A stretch of 62,751 nt of DNA, the filler included, from Globobulimina sp. (taxonomy: Eukaryota): NCBI GenBank assembly GCA_003354225.1. It is 18 parts of 18 records of this genome, joined end to end, with 100 filler letters (N's around TTAATTAATTAA, not from the genome) between each part and the next. Parts side by side here need not be neighbours in the genome. Positions count along the whole stretch, not along the records: positions 10,489 to 13,883 come from PIVH01002913.1; positions 13,984 to 17,378 come from PIVH01002914.1; positions 17,479 to 20,872 come from PIVH01002915.1; positions 20,973 to 24,366 come from PIVH01002916.1; 14 more parts are not named here. One strand, written 5' to 3'. The notes beneath the pieces are model-generated. The model searched no databases. It was not told the DNA's origin and was given only the letters and a program-made list of their open reading frames with translations. Within the stretch, counting starts at the first letter, position 1, and the number at the start of each line of letters is the position of its first letter. The position numbers were made by a program, and so were the translations under genes. This document shows positions 11,377-23,797 of this stretch, in pieces.

Positions 11377-11643
11377 ACATTGTTTTTAATATATTTATAT
11401 TGCATTCACATTAATCTGTTGTAAGCTATATATTTTTGTCCCAAATCGTTTATGGGAAACCTTACTTTTTTCCGCATACGTACTTTTATTTATAGCTTGG
11501 TTGATTCTTAGATTATAGTTGCATTATCATTCACCTTTTTGTGTGAAAACTCATGTATTCATTACGTGGTTCTCATAGTTCCATCAAAAAAAAATAATTA
11601 ATTAATGTTTATACTATAGTTCAGCTAAGCTTTAACTCTAATC

Positions 11644-12420
11644 ATGGCACAGTCGTCAATTTATAAACTGGGATTGAACGACGATGTTGTTCCAATGGAT
11701 GAATTACTGACCAGCATTGCTTTGGATATAAACAACTTACAAGAGATTCTGGATAATGTTGGTACAACATCTGATACTATTGACAAACGGCATGAATTTA
11801 ATACATTACGGAATGAGATAAATGCGAAAATTTCGAAAGCAACTGGCAAAATAAGCAGATTGCTGACAAGCGACGATTTAAGAAATAGAAATTGTGAATC
11901 GGAAGATTTTGATACTAGAAAATATGAGAATGAATTGCAACAATTTACAGCCTCACTCCGCAAGATTGTGGCGACAGCAATCAAATCATTTAGATCGTAT
12001 AGGCCACATTCAATGATATTAAATGAGCATAATGAGAGGTCGCCGCTATTGCAGCCAACAAAAACATTGAGATTACCGGCAATGTCATCCATTGCAACAA
12101 GTTTTGAGATTGTGGATGAAACAAAATTAATTGAAGAGGAAGAAGAGAAATTGAGTGAAATGCATGATGATTTTCAAGATGTGAAGCAAATGTTTGAAAG
12201 TTTGGATGGAATCGTTAATGGACAAGAAGAGAAAATTGATAAATTGGAAAATTGTGTGATTAGTGTAAAAAAGCATATTGATGCTGGAAAAGATGAATTG
12301 GAGGTCAGTGGCAGGAATAGAGCAAAAAGTAGGAATAATAAAATTGTACTGTTAGTTATAATGATTATTGTGTTAGCAGTGATTGTTGCGTTTGTGTGGG
12401 CATACGATAGAACAAAGTGA
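11644..12420 (+). CDS. Syntaxin (Qa-SNARE, Pep12/syntaxin-7-like)
   Basis: Habc region (VGTTSDT), SNARE motif MFESLDGIVNGQEEKIDKLE, C-terminal TM helix. Confidence 0.85.
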   Translation: MAQSSIYKLGLNDDVVPMDELLTSIALDINNLQEILDNVGTTSDTIDKRHEFNTLRNEINAKISKATGKISRLLTSDDLRNRNCESEDFDTRKYENELQQFTASLRKIVATAIKSFRSYRPHSMILNEHNERSPLLQPTKTLRLPAMSSIATSFEIVDETKLIEEEEEKLSEMHDDFQDVKQMFESLDGIVNGQEEKIDKLENCVISVKKHIDAGKDELEVSGRNRAKSRNNKIVLLVIMIIVLAVIVAFVWAYDRTK

Positions 12421-12626
12421 TCGAATCCAAATCATTGAATGTGCATTGTGCAAGGATATATAAACCAATTTTTACTCTCTTTAGTCGTATATGTACACGT
12501 TTAGATTAGACATTGTGCATTTAAGTGAATTGAAAGTAAAGTTGCATGTGTACGCGACATGATGGTGAATAAGTTTTTTTTTTTTATGTTAAAACAAAAA
12601 ACTTGTCACTGTTGCTGTTGAGCGCA

Positions 12627-13883
12627 ATGGCACTGAACACGACAACAACGTTTCGTAGTGGCATAACGACCATTACAGATACACTGCAAAACCTAGAAAA
12701 ACAATATGTCGCTCAATTGGAAGAGCAACAAAATATGATAACCCAATTAAAACAAGAAATTGATGGTTTACAAACAGAATTAAAATTAAGCAAATCAGGA
12801 CAAATCCATCATGATCACTGCGACTCAGAAACATTTGATGTATTATTGGATGAAATTGAAGCAAAAGAAGAAAAATATAATCAAGACACGAAAACAAAAG
12901 ACGAGGATGATGATGAAGAAGAAGAAGAAGATAAAAAGAAAACTACTCAATTTTGGGACTCATTAGAAACGAAATTAAAAGAACGAGATATTGAATTCAT
13001 AAAAGATTTGGTACGCAACAAAGAATTGGGTATGGACGATACCAATGGAAAAGGCAGGAACTTATTAATGTTATCCACGCAGTACGGCTCATATGAATTG
13101 GTGTCAATGTGTATTAATTTGGGCGGCGATATCGATAAAGAAGACAACTCGAAACAAACTGCACTTAAAATTGCTCAAAAAAATGGTTTCCCGGATATTG
13201 AAGAGTTATTAATTATGAATTTATTAAAAACGGAGCTCGGGGAAAGAATTGAAAACACTACAAACGATTTATCAAAAAAAAAAGGTATCACTGATAATTT
13301 TAATCGCATTTTAAATGAGTTATTTATTGAAGAAAAAGACGACGAAAAGAATGATGGCCTTCGCGTGTTATCCCATACGTTTTTAGCCGAAGTAGCCGGG
13401 GCATATAAAAAAGAAATATTAGAGACACTTTTACGAATTATCTTAAAAAGTATTAAGACAAAAAAAGCATATTCTGATGATATGCTATATATTTGTTTTT
13501 ATTATGAGATCAATACGAAAGGACGAAGTCCGGTGGACACCATTTTATACAAAACCATCAAAAAAGTAATATTAGAAATTCTGAATGATACAAAAAACCA
13601 AAGAGATTGGTATTGGATGAAAAAATATATTTTATCCTCAGCTATTTGGTATTTGAAATTGGATCCAAACGACAAAAAATCCAAATTTTTATGGTATAAT
13701 GTGTTTGAATGGGTCGATAACGAAACAAAAACTCAATCGCAAATATTAAGCACTCCAATGCGCGCCATTGAAAATAAAAATATTTCAGAATGGAATAAAT
13801 TGATTAATTACGATATTGCCACAAATTATAAATATGAAAATGTGCGACAAGATGTGATTGAAAGAGGATTTCAATCGGAATAC
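12627..13883 (+). CDS. Coiled-coil + ankyrin-repeat protein, 3' partial
   Basis: GRNLLMLSTQYGSYELVSMCINLGGDIDKED..TALKIAQKNG. Confidence 0.8.
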
Positions 13884-13983
13884 NNNNNNNNNNNNNNNNN
13901 NNNNNNNNNNNNNNNNNNNNNNNNNNNTTAATTAATTAANNNNNNNNNNNNNNNNNNNNNNNNNNNNNNNNNNNNNNNNNNNN

Positions 13984-14248
13984 AACTTGAACTTTGTGAT
14001 GAATCCAAAGGATGGATGTATGGCGAAGACAAAGTAAACGACTGGAGACCTGAACTGCCGAGACAATTGGACAAAGCACTTGAAGCATTGGAGAATGACA
14101 AAGTTTTCTCAGAAGTGGAAGTGAATTTATTTCCATCTTTTTGGCATGTAAAAGATATGAGATAGCATTGGCGGAAAATCAAGGAAAGGGAATTTTGAAC
14201 GGCGAACCCACTGATTGGGAAAGAGATATGTACATGGAATTTTTGTAA
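13984..14248 (+). pseudogene. Glutamine synthetase type I / lengsin-like C-terminal fragment, frameshifted near 14115
   Basis: LPRQLDKALEALENDKVF, then after a frame change GSEFISIFLACKRYE..TDWERDMYMEFL*. Confidence 0.8.
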
Positions 14249-14318
14249 TTTGCATCTTTAAAGAAAGTCCTGTGCACTTGTCTATACTGTATATGTACTG
14301 TACGTACTAATATTTTAC

Positions 14319-14360
14319 ATACTTCCGTTCGTATACGTATACTTCCGTTCGTATACGTAC
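14319..14360. repeat. 20-bp tandem duplication ATACTTCCGTTCGTATACGT x2
   Basis: Read directly from the sequence. Confidence 0.9.
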
Positions 14361-14608
14361 ATGCAATGACGTTCATTTCTCATTTTTTTCAGCTTAATAA
14401 AACTTTTTCGATTTGACAGCATGTTTTCGATTGCACAGCCAAAAAGTTCGAATCGACAGCTTAGTGTTATTTTTACTTTATTTTTGAGTAACGTTCCTTT
14501 ACTTATGCTGATTATTATTGTTATTTTTCGTAAAATAAAACAAAATCATAATATTTTATTCAGTTTCAGACCAATAGTAAGAAAGAAAAGTCAAAATCAA
14601 ATCAAATA

Positions 14609-15330
14609 TCATTTTGGAGTTTCTGTTACAAAATCACTTTCAGTTGTTGTATAAGTAAATGTAGATGTAGATGTGGACGATGATCCGCTTTCACTTTTTC
14701 CTGTATTTATTTCCTCGTCTTCTGGACTTTTATTCTTCTTTGTCTCTTCTTTCTGTGTTTCTGTCCGTTTTTTCTCTTTGCGATTGGACTGAGTTTCTTC
14801 ACTTTCTTTTGTTTTCATTTGTGTCAAATTAACCATATTAGTAACACTCTTTGTTTGTTTTTTAATCTCTTCATCCGATATTAGACTCTCTTCATTTTTC
14901 ATCGGTTCCTCTACTTCTTCGGTTGTTGCCGGTAATTCTGGGACACCAAACATTGATTCAAGTGCGCCGGGCGTTTGGGGCGTCGAATGGAGTGTCGCGG
15001 GCTTTTTGCGCGTCGCCAATTTACCATGTTTCGGTGGACTTTCGACAAGAGCTGTTGTGCTGTCAGTCGGTTTGGATACTTCTTCTGTAGGTGTTGGAGT
15101 TTCAGAAGCCGATTTGAGAGTAACGGTCGAATCTGTTTTCATTTTGACAGCAGATATTGTTGGTGTGAGATTATAGATTTCCATAATAGTACCACATTTT
15201 GGACATCTGTAATAGGTGTGTTTGATTTTTTCTTTTCTTCTAAATAATCGCTTCAAACAACAGACTTTCTTGGTCTTTGGAGGTTTATTGTTGACATTTG
15301 AGGGGTCTTCTTGAGGAATGTTTGATTGCT
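14609..15330 (-). CDS. Terminal exon of hypothetical protein: Cys motif (CC..YYRCPKCG, LITAF-like half finger) then a Thr/Glu/Lys-rich low-complexity tail
   Basis: Long open frame with protein-like composition. An upstream TM-encoding exon may lie at 15670-15900. Confidence 0.45.
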
Positions 15331-16243
15331 GAAATATACAGAGTAGGTACTGTAGAATACAATGTGATGTTTGTATGTACAAATTTACAGTATGTACATA
15401 CATTACTATATTCTCAGGTTACTGTAGAAATGTGCAGTGCCGCTACTGTATTCTACGTTACTGTACAAACATACAGTATGCATGTATACACTACGTTGCG
15501 CAACAGTCGAAAGATCATACAGTTTACAGTACTGTAGTAAAGTGCAGATCGACGCACCGAATTTACAGATTTGCCGCATTTCAAGGTACGGTAACCAGAG
15601 TATTGCACTGCTATACTCGACAAATATCATACCTATGGTCTCTCTACATCAATAGACGGACAATGAAACCAACCTTATCGATTGATTGTTGATCTTTAGA
15701 TTTATTCTTTCTTTTTACACAAATGATAAGAGTGAGAGTGAATGAGAGAAACAATATAACAAATAATAATATACATTGATAAATGGTATAGACAGGATAC
15801 AATAATTCTGACATCATCATCAAACACCAATTGTTAGAAAAACCCCACCAATAATGACATGTCCAATGGTATGAGTAATATGCAAATTTTTGTCTTCCTG
15901 TGAGCTCAACTGTCACATGACGCGTTTGAATGGCATAATAGCAATATGCAAATTTTTGTTTTCTTAAGCGCAACTTTCATGTTACTTTTTTTTCTTGACT
16001 TTTCAGAATTTTTTTTATACTGAACAGAAAGAAAAATTTTTTTAATACACACGTAAGCAGTAAATCTATCAAAAAATTCTTATAAGTGCGGAGTTTCTTA
16101 AAAGTTTTCTGTTGTTGACCGTGCGCAAAAACCTTTCGATAAGTTGTTGTTGTTTAAATTTTATCTTAAGTCTAAACCTACATACAAAAGACCACGAGTA
16201 TCCCACTTTCACTTTAAAATTAACTGACCGTGTAAACGCGGGC

Positions 16244-17244
16244 ATGTCCTTCCTTCCTTCCTTCGTGTCGTCTGATGCTGAAAAAATGGTTCAAACAACA
16301 CAAGATGTTCTCAAACAAATGGAAGAAGACGTAATCAAGTTTATTCGTTTCGAAAACACTGATATCCATGGAATCGCTCGTGGCAAAATCATCCCGATCA
16401 GACATTTTACTCATTTTGCAATCCGAGGACTAAATTGTTGTTATGTGCCGATGACACCACAAGCAATTATTGTTTCTTTGGAGAAATTCTTTCAATTGGG
16501 TTTCGGAGATTCGATGGTCAAACCGGATCTCTCTACTTATGTTAAAAAAGCTGCCATGGGTCGAAAACACAGCACGATTCATTGGTGATGTTGTGGAAGG
16601 ACCGATGAAAGGAATGGATTGCAGAAGGTTATTGAAAAATCAACTTATACGATTACAAGACAAAGGATATTCACTTTATTCTGGTAGGTTTGTTAATATT
16701 TTATATTTTAGCTGTCGATTCGTACTAGCTTTAAAAATTGGCTGTCGATTCGAAATTTTAATAACTATGTAGCTGTCGATTCGAACATTTAGAAATTGGC
16801 TATTTTTTTAAAAATGTCAACAAAATTGGTTACCGATTCGAAGTTATCGAAATTGGTTGTCGATTCGAACTTTGCACATGTACATGTATACGCTGTCGGA
16901 TCTGAGATTTTTCAGGATTCGAAATGGAGTTTATAATCCTTGACGAAAAGAGCACACCCATTTATCCCGGCATTAACCACATTACTACTCTACGAAACAA
17001 TTTCGATAATGATTTTCTTCATAAAATATTGCTTTCATTGGAGGGAATTGACATTGACTATTTGACAGCACATGCGGAATACGGTCCTGGTCAATATGAC
17101 CCGGCCCCGAAATGTGGCTTATAAGTTTGGCCCCGAAATGTGGCTTGAAAATGGGAGATTCTGCTTTTTCCTTTAAAACAACATTGAAAGAAATCGCAAA
17201 AATTGAAGGCAAAACAATCACTTTCATGTCGAAACCTTTCGGAA
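16244..17244 (+). pseudogene. Glutamine synthetase type I / lengsin-like N-terminal part; intron 16684-16915; frameshift at the A6 run 16544-16549 and a disrupting 18-nt duplication
   Basis: FIRFENTDIHGIARGK, GFGDSMVKPDLST, LPW..TARFIGD, SG/FEMEF, HAEYGPGQY, TFMSKP. Confidence 0.85.
16711..16905 (+). repeat. Intronic minisatellite, ~30-nt period, core GCTGTCGATTCGA (more copies at 17281-17360; inverted copies at 14407-14460)
   Basis: Cores at 16711, 16741, 16772 and 17281, with degenerate copies at 16833, 16857, 16892, 17310 and 17340. Confidence 0.8.
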
Positions 17245-17478
17245 GTAAGTACGAGGTATTTTTGAAAACAAAACAATTGTGCTGTCGATTCGAGTAATAT
17301 TCCAAATTGGCTGCCAATTCGTACAATATGCTAACTTGGCAATCAATTCGTACAATATTACAAGTTGACTGTAAATTCNNNNNNNNNNNNNNNNNNNNNN
17401 NNNNNNNNNNNNNNNNNNNNNNTTAATTAATTAANNNNNNNNNNNNNNNNNNNNNNNNNNNNNNNNNNNNNNNNNNNN

Positions 17479-17775
17479 GTTGGCTGAGGGTATTCCAGCT
17501 GCAGCGCCATCAGGATCCGATGTTTTTTGTTGATATTCTTCGTCGTTATCGACCTCATTATCACTTTTTGTATAAGAACTATCATCCGACATATAATTGG
17601 TTGATTTGCTGTCCATGTCATGTAATTCAATCTGTTGTTCTAATTTTGAATGTGAATTTATATTCTCCATTTTATCTATGTTGTCTAAAAATGGATAACT
17701 ATCTGCTAAAAGTGGTTGGCGTAGGTTATTTTGAGATGATTTGAAACGTTTAACGTATTTTTCAGCGAAGGACAT
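17479..17775 (-). CDS. Hypothetical protein N-terminus (3' partial)
   Basis: ATG-initiated ORF running off the contig edge, divergent from the kelch gene. Confidence 0.55.
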
Positions 17776-17838
17776 TAACAGAAAGCATTGTAACTGGACT
17801 TTTTAGAAAACTTGGCTGTTTTTTTGAACTTAACGTGA

Positions 17839-19062
17839 ATGTCAAGCTTAAGACGACGAAACACAAAAGTCTTAACAAAGAAGAAATGGAAAAGAAACGC
17901 AGATTTCCCCACTTCTTCCGTGCAACCAATACCTTTTATGTTTGCTGTTGAAAATGATAGAGAAGAAACAATAATTTATGGATACATTCGAGATATTAAG
18001 CAGAATAACTTAAATATTGAACATATACTAAACATTATTAAGTATTTCTATGTGACAGGACTGCAAATGGTATATTCCACGAGATATGAAACAGATAACC
18101 CAGATCTCACTGGCATTATTTCATATAATTTGGACAGTTTTCAACATAAAGCAATTAAATTATGGTGTAACAGTACATATTTTCCAAGATGGAACGCAAC
18201 CATTTTTAATAAATACAAAGATATTATCATCTTTGTAGGCGGCTCAAATGTGAATAACCACAATGAAGAATATGGATTGATTGCATTTTATGATATGAAA
18301 ACGCAACAAATTACTACAACAGATGTAAATTATGTGATTGGATCAAATTCGAAAGCAGTATTAACAAATGAGCACAGTTTACATATTGTTGGTGGACACT
18401 TGAATGATAAACATATTGTCTTTGATTTAGAAACAAAAGAATCGTCGGTTATGCATGATTTTGGTGACACAAATCCAGGCATACAAGAGCATGGATTAAT
18501 TTATGATGCGGCCAGAGATACTTTAATGATGTTTGGTGGTTATCATTTAGCAAAATACAAATATTATAACGATTTTTATATTTTAAATATGAAGAATAAA
18601 TTGTGTACATTATCTATGATGGAATGCGCAACGCATTTAGTAAATGGATATATGACAAAAACGTTTTCATTTCATATTCAGAATAAACTACGATACGATC
18701 TAGCATTAAACAGATTAATTAGATGCTTTGTTGGATGTACAAATATTGTGTCCCAATGGCAAAGAATTGATAAGTTTACAATGATTAATGGGATTCGATC
18801 ATTTGGCACAATATTTTATGATTATAGAATAATTATTGTTTTTGGTGGTATTGAATCACATAATTTGATTGATACAATCTATTATTTGGATATTGATGGT
18901 GATAATGGATGGCAAAAATCTGCATTGAAATGTCCAAGAATAGGAATGTGTAATACTCTGTTAATTGGTGATACAGTGCATATCTTGCCTTATTACGCAT
19001 ATACTCGGCATTATGTTGTTGCTATAAAACATATTTTACCAAATAAACTGTTAAAACAATGA
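17839..19062 (+). CDS. Kelch-repeat beta-propeller protein
   Basis: Repeated FVGG, HIVGG, MFGG and VFGG motifs, plus WQKSALKCP. Confidence 0.8.
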   Translation: MSSLRRRNTKVLTKKKWKRNADFPTSSVQPIPFMFAVENDREETIIYGYIRDIKQNNLNIEHILNIIKYFYVTGLQMVYSTRYETDNPDLTGIISYNLDSFQHKAIKLWCNSTYFPRWNATIFNKYKDIIIFVGGSNVNNHNEEYGLIAFYDMKTQQITTTDVNYVIGSNSKAVLTNEHSLHIVGGHLNDKHIVFDLETKESSVMHDFGDTNPGIQEHGLIYDAARDTLMMFGGYHLAKYKYYNDFYILNMKNKLCTLSMMECATHLVNGYMTKTFSFHIQNKLRYDLALNRLIRCFVGCTNIVSQWQRIDKFTMINGIRSFGTIFYDYRIIIVFGGIESHNLIDTIYYLDIDGDNGWQKSALKCPRIGMCNTLLIGDTVHILPYYAYTRHYVVAIKHILPNKLLKQ

Positions 19063-19175
19063 GTGTGACTATTAAGGAAAGTGAACAAAACTCCTCATTT
19101 TTAATTTAACTAACAAAAAAACCAAACTTCTCTCTTTCCTTTCTCCTTTAAAAGTAAAAAATACATTTTTACGCA

Positions 19176-20302
19176 ATGGGAAATTGTTGCAACAATGACA
19201 GTTATTCGCCTGTCCCATCAAATTACTTTTGCTTTATCTGCAAGAGAGTGGGACATCACTGGCTCATGGAATGCAAAGATAATCATAGGTGGCATGTAAA
19301 GAAAGAACTTGTTAAATGTATGAAAATAACAATACATATTCTTTATTGTTTGTATACACATTTTTTTATATTGATATATTTACAGTTATTTCAAATTCCG
19401 CTGAATTGGACCAAGCAATAAATAACCAATCAAACCAAATCAAATACATACGACATCAACATATTTGCGATGAATCCAATCCAGCAGACAACAAAACAAA
19501 TGTACTCAATAACCATTCGAGTGTTGAGCCATTTATTATCGATTCCGGAGGTTTTACAGATATGTTTGATGAATTAGACGACGAACTATGTGGAGTAAAT
19601 CCAATATTAAATTCCGATAACCACCACCATAATAACCAGAACGCAGATAATATCCCCAGACCAAGACCAGAACCGAAACCAAATAACGAGTTTGAAGCTT
19701 TTTACCCAACTTTACAGGCTCAAAATAAATCAGATTCACAATTGTGTGCATATTCATGTACAGTTAATTCTGAACACAAAACAAAGCATCACCATAATAA
19801 GCCACAGCAAAAGAATACAATAACAGATATTGATAAATATGATAACGATCATAACCAACATCACATAAACATAGCTCAGCCAAATATTTGTTTTGCTGCT
19901 TTTTACGATTCTCTGCAGGCTGACAATAAAGAATCTAAGTTACGAAGAAATATATTGAGAATAGAAACAAACGCAGCAAATAAAAGAAGGAAAATAAATC
20001 AAAATAACATATCGGAAAAAAATAAACAGAAAACAAAGCAAAAAAATCAAAAAGAAAAAGAAGAAATATATGCGTACATAGCTATGGATGACGAGGTGGC
20101 CGATGCTGAGTTTTATGAATCTGACACATCCAAAGATGGAAGCCATTTCTTTTCAGATTTCACGTGTAACGGAGAGGAATATTCGAGTGATGTTTCTCAT
20201 TCATATTCGCAACGAAAAGATATCGATACAGAAACTCTGGCATTTGCAACATCAGCATTTAAGCTTATTTATCCCGATGGAAGCAGATTTGATGAATTTT
20301 AA
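19176..20302 (+). CDS. Acylated (MGNCC) zinc-knuckle protein; intron 19318-19385
   Basis: NYFCFICKRVGHHWLMEC knuckle. The 68-nt GT-AG intron joins the two ORFs in frame (VK-F-ISNSAELDQ). Confidence 0.7.
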
Positions 20303-20972
20303 AGGCATTTATTATCCAAATGAGCAAATTGGATTTAAATATTGGCCGTTAATAATTCCGTGAAGGATATGCATATTTTATGGCGAAATGCTAATTCTGT
20401 GTTGTATTGATAATGCGTATACGTCCATTGATGAGGTCGAGTTTGTTTGAATACAGCACATTTTACCGCGCTTATTGATAAATTTCGGATTACACATTCT
20501 TGCATATCGCCATTCGAAATGTATATTGTGATCGGAATAATTGATGAATAATATTATCATTAATTCGCTCATTAGATATAATTTGCAATTGAAAATTGAT
20601 TTTTATTGTGTAATAACTTCCTTCCAATTGTTGCGTGTTTAATAATAATTTATTTACTGTTTAAATATAAATATTTTCCCTTTGCTTTTTTTTGTCTTGT
20701 TTGATTTCCTATGTCAGTTCGTGAATAGTCTCACATTTCGTTTTATTCTCTTCGTGCTTTTGCGTATATGTCATCAGAGTGGTGGTGGAGCAGTAAATTC
20801 AGTTTTATTTGAGGTGGTGTTTGATTTGTTGAATGTTGTTGTTATTAATTGTGTTGTCGATCATCGCTCGTGNNNNNNNNNNNNNNNNNNNNNNNNNNNN
20901 NNNNNNNNNNNNNNNNTTAATTAATTAANNNNNNNNNNNNNNNNNNNNNNNNNNNNNNNNNNNNNNNNNNNN

Positions 20973-23690
20973 ATTCGCTTCACTCCATGATTTATCATCA
21001 TCCATCAACACATAATATTCGTCATTATTGGCTTGATAACTTGCTCTGTCAATGGCATTACACGACCAAGATGATATTTGCCCACTACAATCAGTCGTAA
21101 TCCAACTATATTCATATTGCTTTTCATTTGCATTCGACGTTAACACAGAATCATTTACCATTGTGACCACCAATGTAACACATTGATTGGAGACATAAAG
21201 CGGAGAAAGTGTTGGATTAAAAGTTGGTGCTCGTGATGGTTCCAGCGGTGTATATGATTTTGGTATAACAGGACTTCTGCTCGGAGTGAAGGGATCCTTT
21301 GGATATGTTGGGCTATTTGTAGGGGCCCCGGTGTAGTAAATGGAGGAAAAGGCTGCATTTCCGGAGTAGGCGGCAATATGATTGGAAGTACGTCGGGTAC
21401 TGGCGTTGACGTTGTTGAAGGTGGCCCAGGTTTAGGTATATATGTAACGGGAGAGACTGTGGGAGATTGGGTTGGAGAATCTGTAGGCGATCGTGTAGGT
21501 GGATTTGTGGGTGCGTTAGTTGGTGGTCGCGTAGGTGCATTGGAGGGAGCTGTTGTGGGTGCATTGGTTGGAGCTGCGGTGGGGGAATTTGTGGGCGCAT
21601 TGGTGGGTGAAAATGTTGGTGCATTTGTAGGAGATTGGGTTGGACTGTCGGTTGGAGCTGCAGTGGGTGCGCAAGTATCAATGATTATTGCTTGCAAATC
21701 AATTAATGTGCGATTGAGCACAGGTTTACTGCCATCAGCATAGATGATGTTGAATTTTCTGTGCCAAAAGTCAATGCAATCATTGTATGATATTAATATT
21801 TTCTGGCCACTCCAGATATGAAATTCTGATTCCATAATACCCAGTACATCTGCAACTTGATACTGAATGTGGCAAATCAGAATAAGCAAACATGCAATGA
21901 GTAGTTAAAAGTACATACCGTTTCTGTGGCGAGAGCGGTGATGGAGTTTACATCTGTTTGTAATTGCATGGTTGATAAATGAGTGTTGAATTGTTGATTA
22001 CAATGAATATCGGCTTGCTGCCAAGTCAATGTGTTGTCGGAGTATATCAAAAAATTTCTACGGTCCAACACAGTCAATACAGCATCATCTGATATAACAT
22101 AAAATTATATTAAATTCATGATGCCTTTTTTTTAAGTCTGCCAAAAACGTGTACGGTTTGCAAATCTATAATTAATACTCGTTTTTGGGAACAGTTTTCG
22201 AGAAACACAGACTTAAAATAATGCATAAAATACCTTTTACATTACAAATAGAGCAGGATAACAAAGATTGGTTACAATCATTGACTTGTAACCCGTTATT
22301 AGTGATTGATACACAAGCGTTACTATAGATACTTGTGTCTTCAACGGTAAGATTTGGAAATGAGTTAATATTTCCATCCATCCACTTGAAATATGCCGTA
22401 TCTTGAATTGTATACATTGGCACAGTTTCATTGATTCCAATCCAACATTGATTCACATTCATCGAATCCATTAACTGCGATATGGCAACAACATCGGATT
22501 TAGATTTTAAAGATGCTAAATGTGTGCCAAAATTATCTACACACTGTTCATTGGCTGTATTTTGTGTCATATCTAACGAATCTAATCCTGAAAAGCTATT
22601 TGTTATATAATATTCTGTAACAAATCAACAACAAAAAAATAACGCCGTTAACAAAGTGAATTTGATCGATACTCCACAATGAAACTAAACTGGACGATAG
22701 CATATCAGTTAAACACTGAACATCCATTGATGTGCATGTAATTCTACATTTTTGTCTATGGTTCGAAGCATAAAGCACAACATCACATAAACGAGAGTTT
22801 TGACAGATAAAATCTGCGGAAGTGGATACAATTCCATCTACATATTTGCTGGCCTTTTCTTGATTTGCTGTATAAGTATTTGTAGCTTCATCATAAACAG
22901 ATCCCCAGTCAGCTGTATCAGTATTATTATATAAATTCGATAACAAACTAATTTTAAACTCGTTGTTGATGAATTCGACGTCGACAGCGGGTGATGAACG
23001 AATTACGTATAATGGAATGGAGAAGTTATTAAATATGGCGACCGTGGGTCCATACAGAGGCTCATTGCAAGTCACTATGGCATTTGGCACAGCTGGTGAT
23101 GTATTAGCTAAATATACTATAATTAAATCGTGGAGATCATGAGGAGGAGTTATTTGCAATGCGACCTTCATAGCATCACAGAAATTCGGCGCAGAATTAT
23201 TTTGTAGAATAGCTGGTATTGTCCATGAGTTCCAGATTGAATTTGGAATGATTTGAGTGTTTGTGAATGGATTATAATTGCGGGTTACTTTATATTTTGC
23301 TATATCATCACCAATGTGAATGTAGGTGACGTTTTTCATAAGTAATGGTTGGTTCGCCAGTATTTTTGTTTGATATAATTTAATCCAATCAATTGCCCAA
23401 AAATACCAGCTATAGTCATTGGTAAAAGCAGTATTATCGATAATAAATATTACTTTGGACATGACAGAGGGCTCAGTACATGCACAAGATGTTGGGCTTA
23501 ATGCTGAACAATGATATGGAACACCTATTTGATGCAATGGACATGATTGGGAATCTCGAATGGCACATACTAATTAAAAACAGACCAATTAATATTTGTG
23601 TTATTCCGCTTAACGAAAGTTGGTTAGTATTAACTTGTGGATAGATTTGAGAAGGAATAGCATAGAGCTACACAATGCATAAACATTATG
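20973..23690 (-). CDS. Multi-exon surface protein: vWA-like + two or more C-type lectin domains + APT/PT-repeat stalk; 3' partial
   Basis: KVIFIIDN (vWA-like); CVDNFGTHLASL..CWIG..WMDG..CV..NDC; LTWQQADIHC..THLS; WSEAN; APTxAPT repeats. Confidence 0.7.
21430..21672 (-). repeat. Coding 12-nt (xxPT) tandem repeats
   Basis: APTAAPTDSPTQSPTNAPTFSPT... Confidence 0.85.
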
Positions 23691-23797
23691 TTTACGGACC
23701 ATCGAAACGAGAACATCTTTGGAAGATTTTTTCGGAAACGAACAGGGGGCACAAAATTTTAGTTATAACACTGACAATGTAACATTTTTTTGAATAC

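Noticed and set aside
15298-15692. Cluster of short ORFs in several frames
   Set aside because: TACAGTA/TACTGTA-rich low-complexity DNA, probably intronic.
16711-16905. CRISPR-like repeat-spacer pattern
   Set aside because: The core is only 13 nt, spacers are ~17 nt and partly related, it lies in a spliceosomal intron, and there are no cas genes.
20378-20872. Possible minus-strand gene
   Set aside because: Multiple stops in every frame and no recognisable motif.
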